Assembly (NCBI GenBank): GCA_951406725.2
Contig: OX597816.1
Span: 35,960,001 to 36,024,000 of the forward strand
Direction: 5' to 3'
Origin: Octopus vulgaris
Taxonomy: Eukaryota
Length of the DNA stretch: 64,000 bases
Below the pieces are notes generated by a model. The model was not told the DNA's origin. It searched no databases and saw only the letters and a list, made by a program, of their open reading frames with translations. This document shows, piece after piece, positions 1 to 12,090 of the stretch. The translations under genes were made by a program, and so were the position numbers. Every line of letters starts with the position of its first letter. Within the stretch, counting starts at the first letter, position 1.

Positions 1-307
1 ACTGTGACATCTTCGAAAGTTAGTGGTGAATGTGACATATATTGTGCTAGAGGGCGATAGAACCGTTGTTAATGACGGTGAGTACAATATGGGTGCTGAT
101 AGTAGCATTTTGTATAAGATTTCATAGATATAATCGCAATAATATCGTTAAAATGCAAGCAAAATTGAGAGTGGTAAAAATAATATAACCAGGTATGTTT
201 GTAATGAAGTTAGGGTTGATAAATACGTTGATGATATGTATAGCTGTAATATAGGCGAGCTTACCGTTTGCTGATTGAAAAAAGGAAGTGACACAGGGGA
301 AATATAA

Positions 308-615
308 TGTTGATGATGAGGATGAAGAGGTTGAGGGGAGGTTGGTGATGATGATGATGATGAGGAGGAGGAGGAGGGGGAGGAGGGGAGGAGGAGGATG
401 ATAGCAGCACAGATGGAAATGAAGGTGGCGATCGGCTCTGAAAGTTACTGCGATGGTGTCGATGAGCAAGGCGAGGATGTTGATGATGACGATGATCATG
501 ACGAAGAGAAGGCACATGGTGATGTTAATGATGATGATGACCATGATAATGATGATGATGATGATGATAAGGAGGAGGGGGGATGATGATGATGATGACG
601 ATTATGATGATGATA
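308..615. repeat. (GAT)n/(GGA)n low-complexity simple repeat
   Basis: Runs of gatgatgat and gaggaggag; explains the poly-D/M/I/H ORFs in the track. Confidence 0.9.
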
Positions 616-2079
616 TAAACCATGTTATTTTTTTTTTCGAAGAAAAGAAATGACGGAGATGGGGATGAAGGTGAGCGTAGGAAATATATTGGAAGGAAGC
701 ATACATTGAATGGCACGATGTATATTTCTGTGATTAACGATTGCATTTATAAACGTAAAAGGCAAAACTAAGGCATTCAGTACAAAGGTATTCGAAAACA
801 CTGCTTTAAGATCTGAGATCAAATATTAGAGAAAGACACTGACACATCACATTCTGACAACTACCATGGGGGATCAGGATTTTTTTTTTACACTGCTATC
901 ACGTTCACAATCAGTGTAGCTTTCTTTTCTATAATAGCAGTGACAAAGGAAACAAGAATTCACTGTTAACTCATGTAGAGTTTGATCTAGAAGCAGGAAA
1001 TACAATTGTCATCAATATAACCATTGATTATATTATAAATATGCTATATATACTGAACTGAGAATATAGCACGCGAGCCTTGGATGATGCATTCGTTACA
1101 GACATCCGCATCCCTTGTGACTAGCGTGGAAAAAGTTTGTTTTATACGTTTTTGACCAAATATTCACCATTGAATATAACGCTACACAGTATAACGTATA
1201 ATGTGTATGCAATAAGGATTAATATATACATATATGTCTTTGTGTGTGTGCGTCTGTGTATGTGTGTGTGTGTGTGCGTGTGTGTATCTATGTCTATGTA
1301 TTTGTCGAGGAACAGATTTAACAATGAATAACTCAAACAAGAAACCGGAAGAGAAATCGATTGGCCGTAATTTAATAATATATGTACATGTTTGAATAAA
1401 TATCAATTGGAGCGTCAAGATTCCTGGCGTTACGAATAACGTCGTTCCTCGGAGGGACTCTATTAGAATATATTGATAGCAAAGAGAATATGTATGTTTG
1501 AAAAATCTGCGCGTGAGGAGGAAGCTATAAAATGACAAAGAAGATTTGAAGGGTATTATATAATCAGATGAAAAGATATCTATGTTTAGTGTCCTCGTTG
1601 TCAAATATAAGTGATTTTAAGCAATTCCGACGTTTTAGGAAATTCTATATACGCGGTCCGCAGTTTAGTATTCTGATACATAAAGCAATGACTAAAAGCT
1701 ACTCTTCATGAAAAGAGATCTAACTGCTGCAATGTTTCCATTTATCTAAATCGGTGAAACATATATCCGTTTACTTCTCTGTTTCATGATTTCATTTCTC
1801 TTACATTCCGTCTATTTACTAATTTTAGGGTTTGAATTATAACTGCAACACTAAATACTAACACTTCCGTACTAAATTAAACTCAGCCTACGTTAAATTT
1901 TGTTCACATGCACACATAAGTATTCATTCCCAGCCTTCTGATATACTATTTATACATACTTCCCTAATTTTCTGAAGTGTTTGTACATGTAGGAATATCG
2001 GTTTGTATACAACATTGAATATATATGCATCTATGTGCAAACATGTCTGTACACATTTCTGTAAACATGTTGAAAAATA

Positions 2080-2165
2080 AAGTCATTTCAATTTTTCCGA
2101 GCGGCAAACTAATACACCTCCTTGGTCATACACCTGTCTTCGTCTTTTCGTTTTCTATAAATTTC

Positions 2166-2168
<3 letters not shown>
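2080..2168 (+). mobile_element. 3' tail fragment of a PLE pseudo-LTR, related to 15176-15370
   Basis: ccgagcggcaaactaatacacc...cacctgtcttcgtcttttcgtttt resembles cctgagcgatatactaacac...cacctgtctttgtgttttgtttt at 15293-15355; abuts (CT)n(TA)n. Confidence 0.45.
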
Positions 2169-2246
<78 letters not shown>

Positions 2247-2251
2247 GTAAT

Positions 2252-2305
2252 AAAACGGAAGGGATTTCGGTTATCCCCAGGCGGCGAGTTGTAATGCAAT
2301 ATATA

Positions 2306-2365
<60 letters not shown>

Positions 2366-2411
2366 AACAAAAAGGAAGGAATTTCGATTATCCCCAGGCG
2401 GCGAGTCGTAA

Positions 2412-2415
<4 letters not shown>
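2252..2415. repeat. Two copies of a ~47-bp unit embedded in (TA)n
   Basis: 2252-2298 and 2369-2415 share ggaagg.atttcg.ttatccccaggcggcgagt.gtaatgca, separated and flanked by (TA)n. Confidence 0.85.
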
Positions 2416-2455
<40 letters not shown>

Positions 2456-2479
2456 TGTGTGTGTGTGTATATAAATTAA

Positions 2480-3175
2480 AAGATGGTAAATCTACACACA
2501 TTACATACTTTTAATATATTTTTCATATATTTCATTTTGGGTTTGTCGGCCGGTTTCGCTTTCGCTTATCACGATATTGAAATTATTATAATTTCGTAAT
2601 TTGGTCTGAAAATGCACTGTTCGAGAGTTGCATTCCCTCGCGTTCGGTACAAAATGTGTTTATTTATTATGGTAGTTTTGACTTTAAGAGTCCCTCCTAG
2701 CGTGAGGCATTTATGTATAGCAATGCCCTTAATATAAATAAATATATTTAAGAGGAATAATAGATGGATTTTTCCCTTATGAGGTTTTTCACGCTAAGTA
2801 CTTGATAAATTCTTATAAAGATTTTATACAATTTTTTAATCGTAAATTTAACCGGAATATATTCAGTGGTGAATTTTATTCTGAATAAACACGTGTACCG
2901 AGATGCAATTCAAAAAGCCCGCCTTTTACATAGATATATATGAGTGAACATTTCTATGTACTACGATGGATACATTTGGTGTTCGTCTGGTATGTTGAAT
3001 TTTTTGTTCATTTTTTATGTCTTGAATGATGCTTGCACTGACGATGAAAAAGTGCATTTTGTGTACTAATTATGAAATCATAAGATATGCAACTGTTTTA
3101 TTTATTAGGGTAGTTTTGACTTTAAGAGTGCCTCCTAGCGTGAGGCATATATGTATACTAATACCCTTATATATA
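2480..3175 (+). mobile_element. Probable PLE pseudo-LTR remnant with duplicated ~75-bp tail
   Basis: Direct repeat 2657-2731 / 3094-3169 (ggtagttttgactttaagagt.cctcctagcgtgaggcat); a hammerhead motif lies just before the second copy. Confidence 0.55.
3033..3092 (+). ncRNA. Type I hammerhead ribozyme motif, canonical core
   Basis: Stem I TTGCA/TGCAA, core CTGACGA, stem II agtgca-ttttg-tgtact, GAAA, short stem III TC-ataa-GA, UH site TA. Confidence 0.65.
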
Positions 3176-3313
3176 TATCGGGCAACAATATGCAATGTTC
3201 TTATGCACCAAGTTTGATAGGCATTAACTAATGTTTTTTATCCTGACAATTCTTTGTTTTACAACATTGAAGATTTACATCATCCTTTTTCGAAATACGA
3301 TTCATAGTGTCTG

Positions 3314-3393
<80 letters not shown>

Positions 3394-3396
<3 letters not shown>

Positions 3397-3590
3397 TTGT
3401 GTGTCTGTATTTGTCCCCCTAACATCACTTGACAACATATGCTGGTGTGTTTATGTCCCCGGCAAAATAGACAGATAGAATAAGTACAAGGCTTACGAAG
3501 AACAAGTCCTGTGGTCGATTTGCTCGACTAAAGTCGGTGCTCCAGCATGGTCACAGTCAAATGAGTAAAACAAGTTAAAGAGTAAAAAAA
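3394..3590 (+). mobile_element. SINE family A (Octopus OK-like tRNA-derived SINE), 3' half
   Basis: tttgtcccc...gctggtgtgttta...gatagaataagtac...gtcgatttgctcgactaaag.cggtgctccagcatgg tail shared with 59285-59715 and 61213-61620. Confidence 0.85.
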
Positions 3591-3716
3591 AGCATATGTG
3601 TGTAGGTGTGTGTATGTAATATGTACTTGTGTGTGTGTATGTGTGTTCGTGTATGTTTCAAACAACTTAGCCTGAATTTGAGAGGTCTAGATTTCTATTC
3701 GCAAGTATATGTGAGT

Positions 3717-3919
3717 ATTTGTATGTATGTATGTATGTATGTATGTATGTATGTATGTGTGTATATATATATGTATATATATATGTATGCAGGTATGTAT
3801 GTATGCGTGTGTGTATGTATGCATGTATGTATGTATGTGTGTGTATGTATGTATGTATGTATGTATGTGTGTATGTATGTATGTGTGTGTATGTATGTGT
3901 GTGTGTATGTATGTATGTA

Positions 3920-3954
<35 letters not shown>

Positions 3955-4021
3955 ATGTGTGTGTGTATGTATGTATGTGTGTGTATGTATATATGTGTGT
4001 ATGTATGTATGTATGTATGTA

Positions 4022-4054
<33 letters not shown>

Positions 4055-4080
4055 ATGTATGTATGTATGTATTTATGTAT
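3717..4080. repeat. (TATG)n/(TG)n compound microsatellite
   Basis: Direct inspection. Confidence 0.95.
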
Positions 4081-4325
4081 GAGCTTGTTTCTCTTATTTT
4101 TTTCAATTTACGAAATACAAGAACTCAAACTATTGACTAGAAAATTAGTGTGATAAGTGCGATGCACGAAACTCACTGCCCTTCAGTCTATTTTTTTATA
4201 CTTCCTAAAGAATAATTATTTACATACATACACACACAAACACACACAAATCCATACGAATCACACTCTTTTCAATAATAATTATATACATACATACATA
4301 TATATATATACAGACATATATGCTA

Positions 4326-4327
<2 letters not shown>

Positions 4328-4377
<50 letters not shown>

Positions 4378-4435
4378 GTATATGTATACATAGATAGATA
4401 GATGGACTGACAGACAGACAGACAGGTAGAGAGAC

Positions 4436-4468
<33 letters not shown>

Positions 4469-4469
4469 T

Positions 4470-4530
<61 letters not shown>

Positions 4531-4560
4531 GAGACAGACAGACAGACAGACAGATAAACA
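4328..4560. repeat. (TA)n + (TAGA)n/(CAGA)n microsatellites
   Basis: Direct inspection. Confidence 0.95.
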
Positions 4561-4665
4561 AAGTGAATTGTGATGATATCGTGATGTATAAATGTATTTG
4601 TCAGAATTTGGGGCAGAATTCAAGGTCGCTAAAGCTAGATTAGTTTAAAGGAAAGAGGAGGTCAT

Positions 4666-4704
<39 letters not shown>

Positions 4705-4706
<2 letters not shown>

Positions 4707-5015
4707 CAGAGAAGCAGATCTGTGTTAAGAACCTTGCTCCCGAACGACTTTAGTTCTGGGTTTAGTCCACCTAGGTAGCCCTATGGGCAAGTGTCTCCTA
4801 CTATAGCCTTGTGAGTGGCTTTCTTAGACGGAAGCTGTGTTTGTTTGTGTGCCTGTGTTTGTCCCTTCTCACTTTGGCTTGTGAACTGATGTTGGTGTGT
4901 TTACGACCCCTAAATTGACAGTTCAGCAAAAGAGCCAAATAGAATAAGTACAAGGTTAACAAAGAGTAATCCCTGGGGTCTATTTGTTCGACGAAAAGGC
5001 GGTGTTCCCGCATGG
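4705..5015 (+). mobile_element. SINE family A, diverged copy
   Basis: Degenerate tRNA-like head, gggcaagtgtctcctactatagccttgtgagtgg core, tail ending aaggcggtgttcccgcatgg. Confidence 0.8.
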
Positions 5016-5019
5016 AACG

Positions 5020-5092
<73 letters not shown>

Positions 5093-5144
5093 TATATGTA
5101 TATATATATATTTATGTATGTATATATATATATATGTATGTATA

Positions 5145-6131
5145 GCAAAAGTCACCAGCGGTGTTCCCCAGGGAACTGTTTTGGGTCCGCTACTCTTCAT
5201 AATTTATGTAAACGACCTTTCCAGTGTCGTACATCACTGCAAAGTGAAAATATTCGCTGATGACACTAAGCTCCAGCAAATCGTCAATGAAGAAGCAGAC
5301 CGAACTCAACTCCAGTCTGACCTATATGCTGTGAGTCAATGGGCAGACAGAAACAAAATGCAACTGAATGAGGGAAAATTTGAGCTGATGCATTTTGGAA
5401 GAAATTCCTCACTAAAACAACCATACTCTCTTCCTTCAGGGGAACCGCTCACAGCCTCTAACAATATCAGAGACCTGGGTGTAATTGTTGATGACGATCT
5501 CAGTTGGAGTGCACACATCAACAAGAAGGTCGATACAGCTCGTAGGATGAGTTCCTGGATCTTAAGAACTTTCCGGTCCAGAGAACAAGGTGTCATCATA
5601 CCACTTTTTTCATCCTTTGTACGGCCACACCTTGAATACTGCTGCCCACTGTGGTCTCCTCACACAAGACAAAACATATCCAGAATTGAGTCACCCCAGA
5701 GGGCTCTCACTAAACAAATTGAAAGCATGGCTGCTCTCGACTATTGGGATCGCCTTAAAGCCTTGAAACTTTACTCCCTCCAGCGTCGCCGTGAGCGGTA
5801 CATCATTTGTACGATGTGGAAAATATACCGCCAACTTTGCCCAAACGACCTAAACATTAGCTTCAAGGTTCATCCGAGACTTGGACCACGGGCTATACGT
5901 CCCCTGCCAAATTCAAGATCACAACATACATGTACACTGCAACATAATTTCTTTTCCTCAACAGGCCCTGCCCTATTTAACATTGTCCCGAGGGAGATCA
6001 AAGAGGAAAAGGATCCCATCAACTTCAAACAGAGTCTGGATAGATTCCTTCAAAGAATACCAGACAAGCCACCCATAATTGGATACAACTCACCCAACAA
6101 GAACTCACTACTTGAACAAAACTTGACTTAA
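5145..6131 (+). CDS. Partial LINE ORF2: reverse transcriptase C-terminal half, uninterrupted, no true start
   Basis: ORF 5118-6131; the first residues come from the microsatellite, the rest is a stop-free RT/thumb/C-terminal region. Confidence 0.85.
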   Translation, partial: AKVTSGVPQGTVLGPLLFIIYVNDLSSVVHHCKVKIFADDTKLQQIVNEEADRTQLQSDLYAVSQWADRNKMQLNEGKFELMHFGRNSSLKQPYSLPSGEPLTASNNIRDLGVIVDDDLSWSAHINKKVDTARRMSSWILRTFRSREQGVIIPLFSSFVRPHLEYCCPLWSPHTRQNISRIESPQRALTKQIESMAALDYWDRLKALKLYSLQRRRERYIICTMWKIYRQLCPNDLNISFKVHPRLGPRAIRPLPNSRSQHTCTLQHNFFSSTGPALFNIVPREIKEEKDPINFKQSLDRFLQRIPDKPPIIGYNSPNKNSLLEQNLT

Positions 6132-6227
6132 ACAGGATTCGAATAATCCTATCAGGTGGTGCTATTAAGTTAGACATGGCCTGGACCAATCTCTGGTCGA
6201 AACATATCTAAGTTTTATCTAAGTTTT
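5145..6227 (+). mobile_element. 5'-truncated non-LTR retrotransposon (CR1/L2 group) inserted in (TA)n
   Basis: RT motifs [57 protein letters not shown]; 3' tail (tatctaagttt)x2; (TA)n on both sides. Confidence 0.95.
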
Positions 6228-6247
6228 ATATATATATATATATATAT

Positions 6248-6363
6248 AAAACTTAGATAAAACTTAGATATGTTTCGACCAGAGATTGGTCCAGGCCATG
6301 TCTAACTTAATAGCACCACCTGATAGGATTATTCGAATCCTGTTTAAGTCAAGTTTTGTTCAA

Positions 6364-6366
<3 letters not shown>
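6248..6366 (-). repeat. Perfect inverted copy of the LINE 3' end (6109-6227)
   Basis: aaaacttagataaaacttagatatgtttcgacc...caagta is the reverse complement of 6109-6227. Confidence 0.95.
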
Positions 6367-6416
<50 letters not shown>

Positions 6417-6442
6417 TATATACATATATATATATATACATA

Positions 6443-6486
<44 letters not shown>

Positions 6487-6527
6487 TACATATATATATA
6501 TTCATACACAAATATATATATATATAT

Positions 6528-7232
6528 GTGGGCTCGTTTAAAGGAGGAGTGGGGTCAGTTAGGGAAGATGTGCGAAGTGGAAGATTCGGACTGGACTCGC
6601 TGGAAGGCTCGGAGAATGATGCGTTTGAGAGGTTGGGGGATGCGGTGGTAGGTGAGGGGAAAAAGGAGACGGGAGATGGTGGGACGGTATGCGGGATAAG
6701 AGAGCAGATGCACGGTCCACGGAACGTACTCTGGCAAGATTGGTGTGGATATTGGTGAGGGATAACCACGTAAGATGAAGTGGCAAGCCATGAGTTGAGA
6801 CTGAGTCTCAAAGTCATGGTCGTCACTACAGAGCCTGCGTAGACGTAGGAATCGGGAATAAGAGATGGAAAGCTTGGTATTTTTAAGGTGGGAGGATGAA
6901 ACGTTGAGGTATGAGTGTTAGTCTGTGTGTTTGTAGAACATGGAGGCGGTGAGAGTGGAGTGATGAATGCTGACCCAAATGTCAAGAATGGAGACAGGGG
7001 TGTCAGAAATAGTGCAGGTGAAGTGGAGGGCAGAATGGAAAGATTTTACAAAAGAGAGGAAGGAGTCTTGATGTTCGCGGAACAGTGAGGTCGCACTGAT
7101 ACAGGTGTCAATATAACGGCCGTATAGTTCTGGAGTGGGACCAGTGAACGAACAGGTTTACATAGTTGGGGCCTATACTCGTTCTCATGACCACTCCCGA
7201 GAATTGCTGGTATAAATCACCAGCGAACGGAA
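6528..7232 (-). pseudogene. Penelope-like element reverse transcriptase fragment, frameshifted
   Basis: Minus-strand motifs FAGDLYQQFSGVVMRTSIGPNYVNLFV (PLE GxAMG..MGPxYANLF), TGPTPELYGRYID (RYIDD), [14 protein letters not shown]...[16 protein letters not shown]. Confidence 0.85.
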
Positions 7233-7740
7233 AAAGGAAACAATAAATTGAACAGTTAGAAATTGGATCCGATTTAAATATTTTATACAAACAAATGACA
7301 GATATCATAAATAGCAGTTGTTTCCGCTGCTATGTATGAGTTTTTCAAGAATAACCGAATCTGTTTAAATGTGTATTGATGCTTCATCAGATTGACATAT
7401 CTTCTTAAATATTTTACTAAAAATGTCAAATGAAAATATTTATATTTTCTAAATATTTAAAAAAAAAAAACTATATAAGAGCGAGCTTAATCATAAATAA
7501 ATAAATAATCTGAAATTTTGTAAATTCATAGCTTTAAATCTATAACTTTTTCGTTCTGTAACCTATTTATTTGCACAATACAGACGTGTATGTATACACA
7601 TATTTATGTACACTTATATATAAACACATACACCTATCACTTATGTATGCATACATACACACACACGCACATATACCCAGATGCATATGTTTATTTATTC
7701 ATCTCTCTCTCTCTGTATATATATATATATATATATATAA

Positions 7741-7961
7741 GCACATAAATGTGAAACAAGTTTGAAAAAAGAGTACTCAAATACCAGAGGTAGAATAATA
7801 TGCTTTATTTAAAAGCAGCAGAAATATTACAAAATCTGTTACTCAGAGGTTCACGTCCCTGTTCGTCGGACAGTTTTCTTTATAAGAAAAACTGTCCGAC
7901 GAACGGGAACGTAAAACTCTGAGGAACAGCTCTTGTTATATTTCTGCTGCTTTTAAGTCAA

Positions 7962-7962
<1 letters not shown>
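7741..7962 (-). mobile_element. PLE pseudo-LTR fragment with inverted partial copy (fold-back 7809-7880 / 7884-7956)
   Basis: Imperfect palindrome between (TA)n runs; minus-strand sequence homologous to 31704-31846; both arms contain a hammerhead-like motif. Confidence 0.75.
7892..7929 (+). ncRNA. Hammerhead-like motif with CCGACGA core, degenerate
   Basis: Consensus of the two arms: CTGT-CCGACGA-ACG.GGAA.CGT-GAAA-CTCTGAG-TA-ACAG; each individual arm has point mutations. Confidence 0.6.
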
Positions 7963-8024
<62 letters not shown>

Positions 8025-8473
8025 CATACATACATACATATATATATATATATGCATACATACATATATCTATTTTTTACAATTTACATACATGTATAAT
8101 TCATACACACATGTATCCATTTAAGTTAAGGAATTATTTACAACGTTATTTTACATATATTAATTCAAAACTAAATGTTTGACTATTACAATGCAGGAGA
8201 GATAATTATTTTTTTCTGTTTATAGAAACAAAACAAATAAGAAAATCAATTCAATAGCTCAACGAAAACACCATTCAAATGTATACATACAACAAAAACA
8301 TAGTAATACAATATAAACGAAATGTCCCATATACTATCAATGAGCCCAAACAGCAATTAAATACGCTATATCTACATATAGACCCCATTATTCCTTTACT
8401 CGTAAACATATAAAATACTTATAAAATATATATATACTGATATATTGATATATATACATATAAAATATACGTA

Positions 8474-8536
<63 letters not shown>

Positions 8537-10384
8537 ATATGTATGTATGTATGTACTTATATTTTTACACACACACACACACGCAAATATCTTAATATCG
8601 TAATTTGTCAATTTGATTTCATGAAGGAATAGTCTTCGTTTCTACTTTGGATGCATATATATATACGTACATACATACAAACATGCTTACACACATGCGT
8701 GCATACATATATACATACATACATACATACATACATATATCACTATCATATTGTTCTGCCATATTACTATAGATATACAACTTTTGAATAGCAAAACGTA
8801 TACTGCGAAAGTTTCGCTGTCTGTTTGTGAACAATATTAATGCAAATAGCGCACATAGCTTATACCTGTACTTATGAAATCGAAGCGTTCTGGCAATTCC
8901 TAGTTTCCTCCGTTTTCTTTATTTATTTATAAACTAATGTGGAGTATTGATTTAGTTTGAGGTGTGCTGGAGAATGATGCATTTTCAGTCACTAACATTC
9001 CCTATATTTTAAATGAAACTGCGAGTTTTGGGGGGTTCGTAAGGCATTCCATTTAATCCATTACAAATAATTCATTTTCATATCATATTTTTCGATTTTT
9101 TTAATTTATGTACCCCACGTCCTGTTTTGTAATGTCCCCTCATAATTCGGGCCATCGTGCCTATAATAAAGATAACATTCCCTATATAGTAACGAGAGCA
9201 AATTTACTGTTGGTGTAACATTCTACGCTTACTTCATTGTTCCAACTCATTAATTAACTTTCTTAGCATATTCTGTAATATATCGTTTTGTTTTGTTCTT
9301 TTGGTCATATTTTTTGTTTTGTATATGATTGAAGTATTTCGCAAAATATAGTTCCAAGTGATTAAACTTTTATATATATTAATCATTTCCGTGAATATCG
9401 TGCAATATATCATACGAGTGGGAAAAACACCGAATCAGGTACGAAGTATATAATGATATTAAGGTAAATGCCTTTGACACATTTTCACAGAATATATTAT
9501 ATAGAAAGCGTGATACAGCTAATTCATGATATTGCAACCATACTATAAAACAAACACAAATTACCTCTTAAGGAGAACACTGAATTATGTAAATATGCTT
9601 AGCGATCTTCTGAAGCCAATATGGATGAAACTTAAACAATATATATATGGATTTAATTGAACGGTGTAGATATGAGAAAAGGCAAAATTTTGTAAGTATT
9701 AATAAAATGATGAAGACTACGTACTGATTACTGGAGGTCATTATAAGTATGAGAGCATTATTAATAATGATTAAGAAAAATACTGTTCGTCTGAATTAAT
9801 ATGAATATTGTCATTATAGATATGAAGCAAGATGTAGTTTGTCATTATGAATAACGATAAATATTATCCTTAGAATATAAAGGGGACAATTATCTGTATC
9901 AATAAGGGTGAATATTATCAGAGAGATTACATTGTAATAGTGGTTAAGGAGGAACATTATTCGCATGAATATAACTGAACATTAATCACTTTGCGTCTGT
10001 ACGTTTGCGAAACACATTCTACAAAGTAACTTTGCGTAAGATCATGCTGACAGAATAAATTATGAAACAAAATGAAGTTCAAAGAAAGTGTATTACATTA
10101 GAGAGGATACATGTACTTCGTTATGCGTTTTATGCGTGATTTTTATTCACTATAGAATAAACATATAAACGTGTGTACATGTGTCTGCGTAAGTACGTAC
10201 ACACGCATAAGCGTGTCCGTATACGTGTGCTTGCACAAATGTAAGCACATGTATTATTGTGTGTATTTTTGTATATTTTGTAGTTTTGTATATCACACAC
10301 AGATACGTATATATATATATATGTATATATACATACAAGTATACATATATATATACACACATACATATATATTTATGTATATAG

Positions 10385-10455
<71 letters not shown>

Positions 10456-10980
10456 GTATGTATGTATGTAGATGATTGAGCTTCTATGATTGCACACTCA
10501 AATCACAGATCTGCTCGTAAGCATCTGCAATAAAAAATCAATGATGTGTGTGTTGGGGGTGTGCGTGGTAACTTCAAACAAATGATACTAGTTATGGTAA
10601 ACGCTATATGTTACACCATTAAAATAATTAGTTTCGTTTCTGGAAGGCAGCATCTCTTGGAATATCACTGGTTTGATCAAAGACTGGCTAACAAAGAAAA
10701 ATAAAACTAATGCTACCAGAAGACGTCAATGTTCTGCAATGTACCAATGCTGATCTCCCACCACTATTTGTCTGCACCGGGGAATTACATCGGGGAATTT
10801 TGCAGTATAACATCCATTTTATCTGCTGTTCTGAAAGATGGAATATTGTATATTTCTTTGCCAACCAAGTGGAATGATGTGAATATGGGAATAAAATATA
10901 TTTACATGTCAAGTATTTGTATAAAAAAAAAATTTGCATCATATTTGAAAGCAATGAAATTTAGAAATATATATACATGT

Positions 10981-11022
<42 letters not shown>

Positions 11023-11708
11023 ACATTAGAAGACGTGTATGCGCGCATATATGTATATATATATATATATATATATACATATGTATACGCACATACGTAT
11101 ATAAATATATATTTGCGCGTACATATACATATATATATATATACATATACATATATATATACATAAATGTGTACATATATATGTGTTTGTGTGTGTGCGT
11201 GTGTGCATATGCGTGTGTGTGCGTGAGGGTGTGCGTGTGCGTGTGTGTGCGTGAGGGTGTGTAGTTATGAGTGTGCTCGTAGATAATCAGATTGTTACTT
11301 GTATGATATTGTCTCTTTGGAAGCAGAACGGAATTAACGTTACTAAGCAACACTGACTAGAATTTTGTGCTAGTGGCGCAAATTTTTGAATTTATAGCAA
11401 CTTCCGTTTTCTTCTCAGAAAACGATAGCATGAATTTTGCACAATGTCTCAGACAAGTTTGTGCTGAGATTCCTTGACTTAGAAAGTCTCAGGAAGAATT
11501 GGAACACACAAAATAATATATAAGGATAAAAGCACAGCGAGAAGATATCACAGATCGGTACTTTATTTGTCGAGAAAGTTTACGAATCATATGACCGAAA
11601 GTGGTTTTAGAATATTCGTTCAACATGTACTCTCTCTATATATGTGTGTGTGTGTTTGTGCGTGCGCGTGTGTGTATTTTGTGTACATATGTGTTTATGG
11701 GTGTCTGC

Positions 11709-11748
<40 letters not shown>

Positions 11749-11756
11749 ATATACAT

Positions 11757-11808
<52 letters not shown>

Positions 11809-11810
11809 GT

Positions 11811-11849
<39 letters not shown>

Positions 11850-11965
11850 GGTGTGTGCTTATATATATGTGTGTATGTGTGTGTGTCTGTGCATGTATGC
11901 ATGTACATATATATATTTATGTTTTTATATGTTTGTTTGTGCGTGTGTATTTCTGGGCGCGTGCG

Positions 11966-12090
11966 TACTAGGGTGCTCAGATATCCCTGGCATTTGGTAA
12001 AATAAAATAGAGGAGAGTTAGTTAATTATGATTTTATGCAACATATTCTCATCTCTGATTCACAGACTTATTGCAGTGGTCCTTAAATTT
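11966..12090. mobile_element. Terminal fragment of a mariner-type element
   Basis: tactagggtgctcagatatccctggc resembles mariner TIRs of the TACGAGGG(G)TGCTGAAAAGTTCC type; no partner TIR found. Confidence 0.4.

Noticed and set aside
8993-9188. 15-bp direct repeat taacattccctatat, plus small tandem duplications at 26522-26567, 52325-52362 and 63484-63533
   Set aside because: Short local duplications with no further structure
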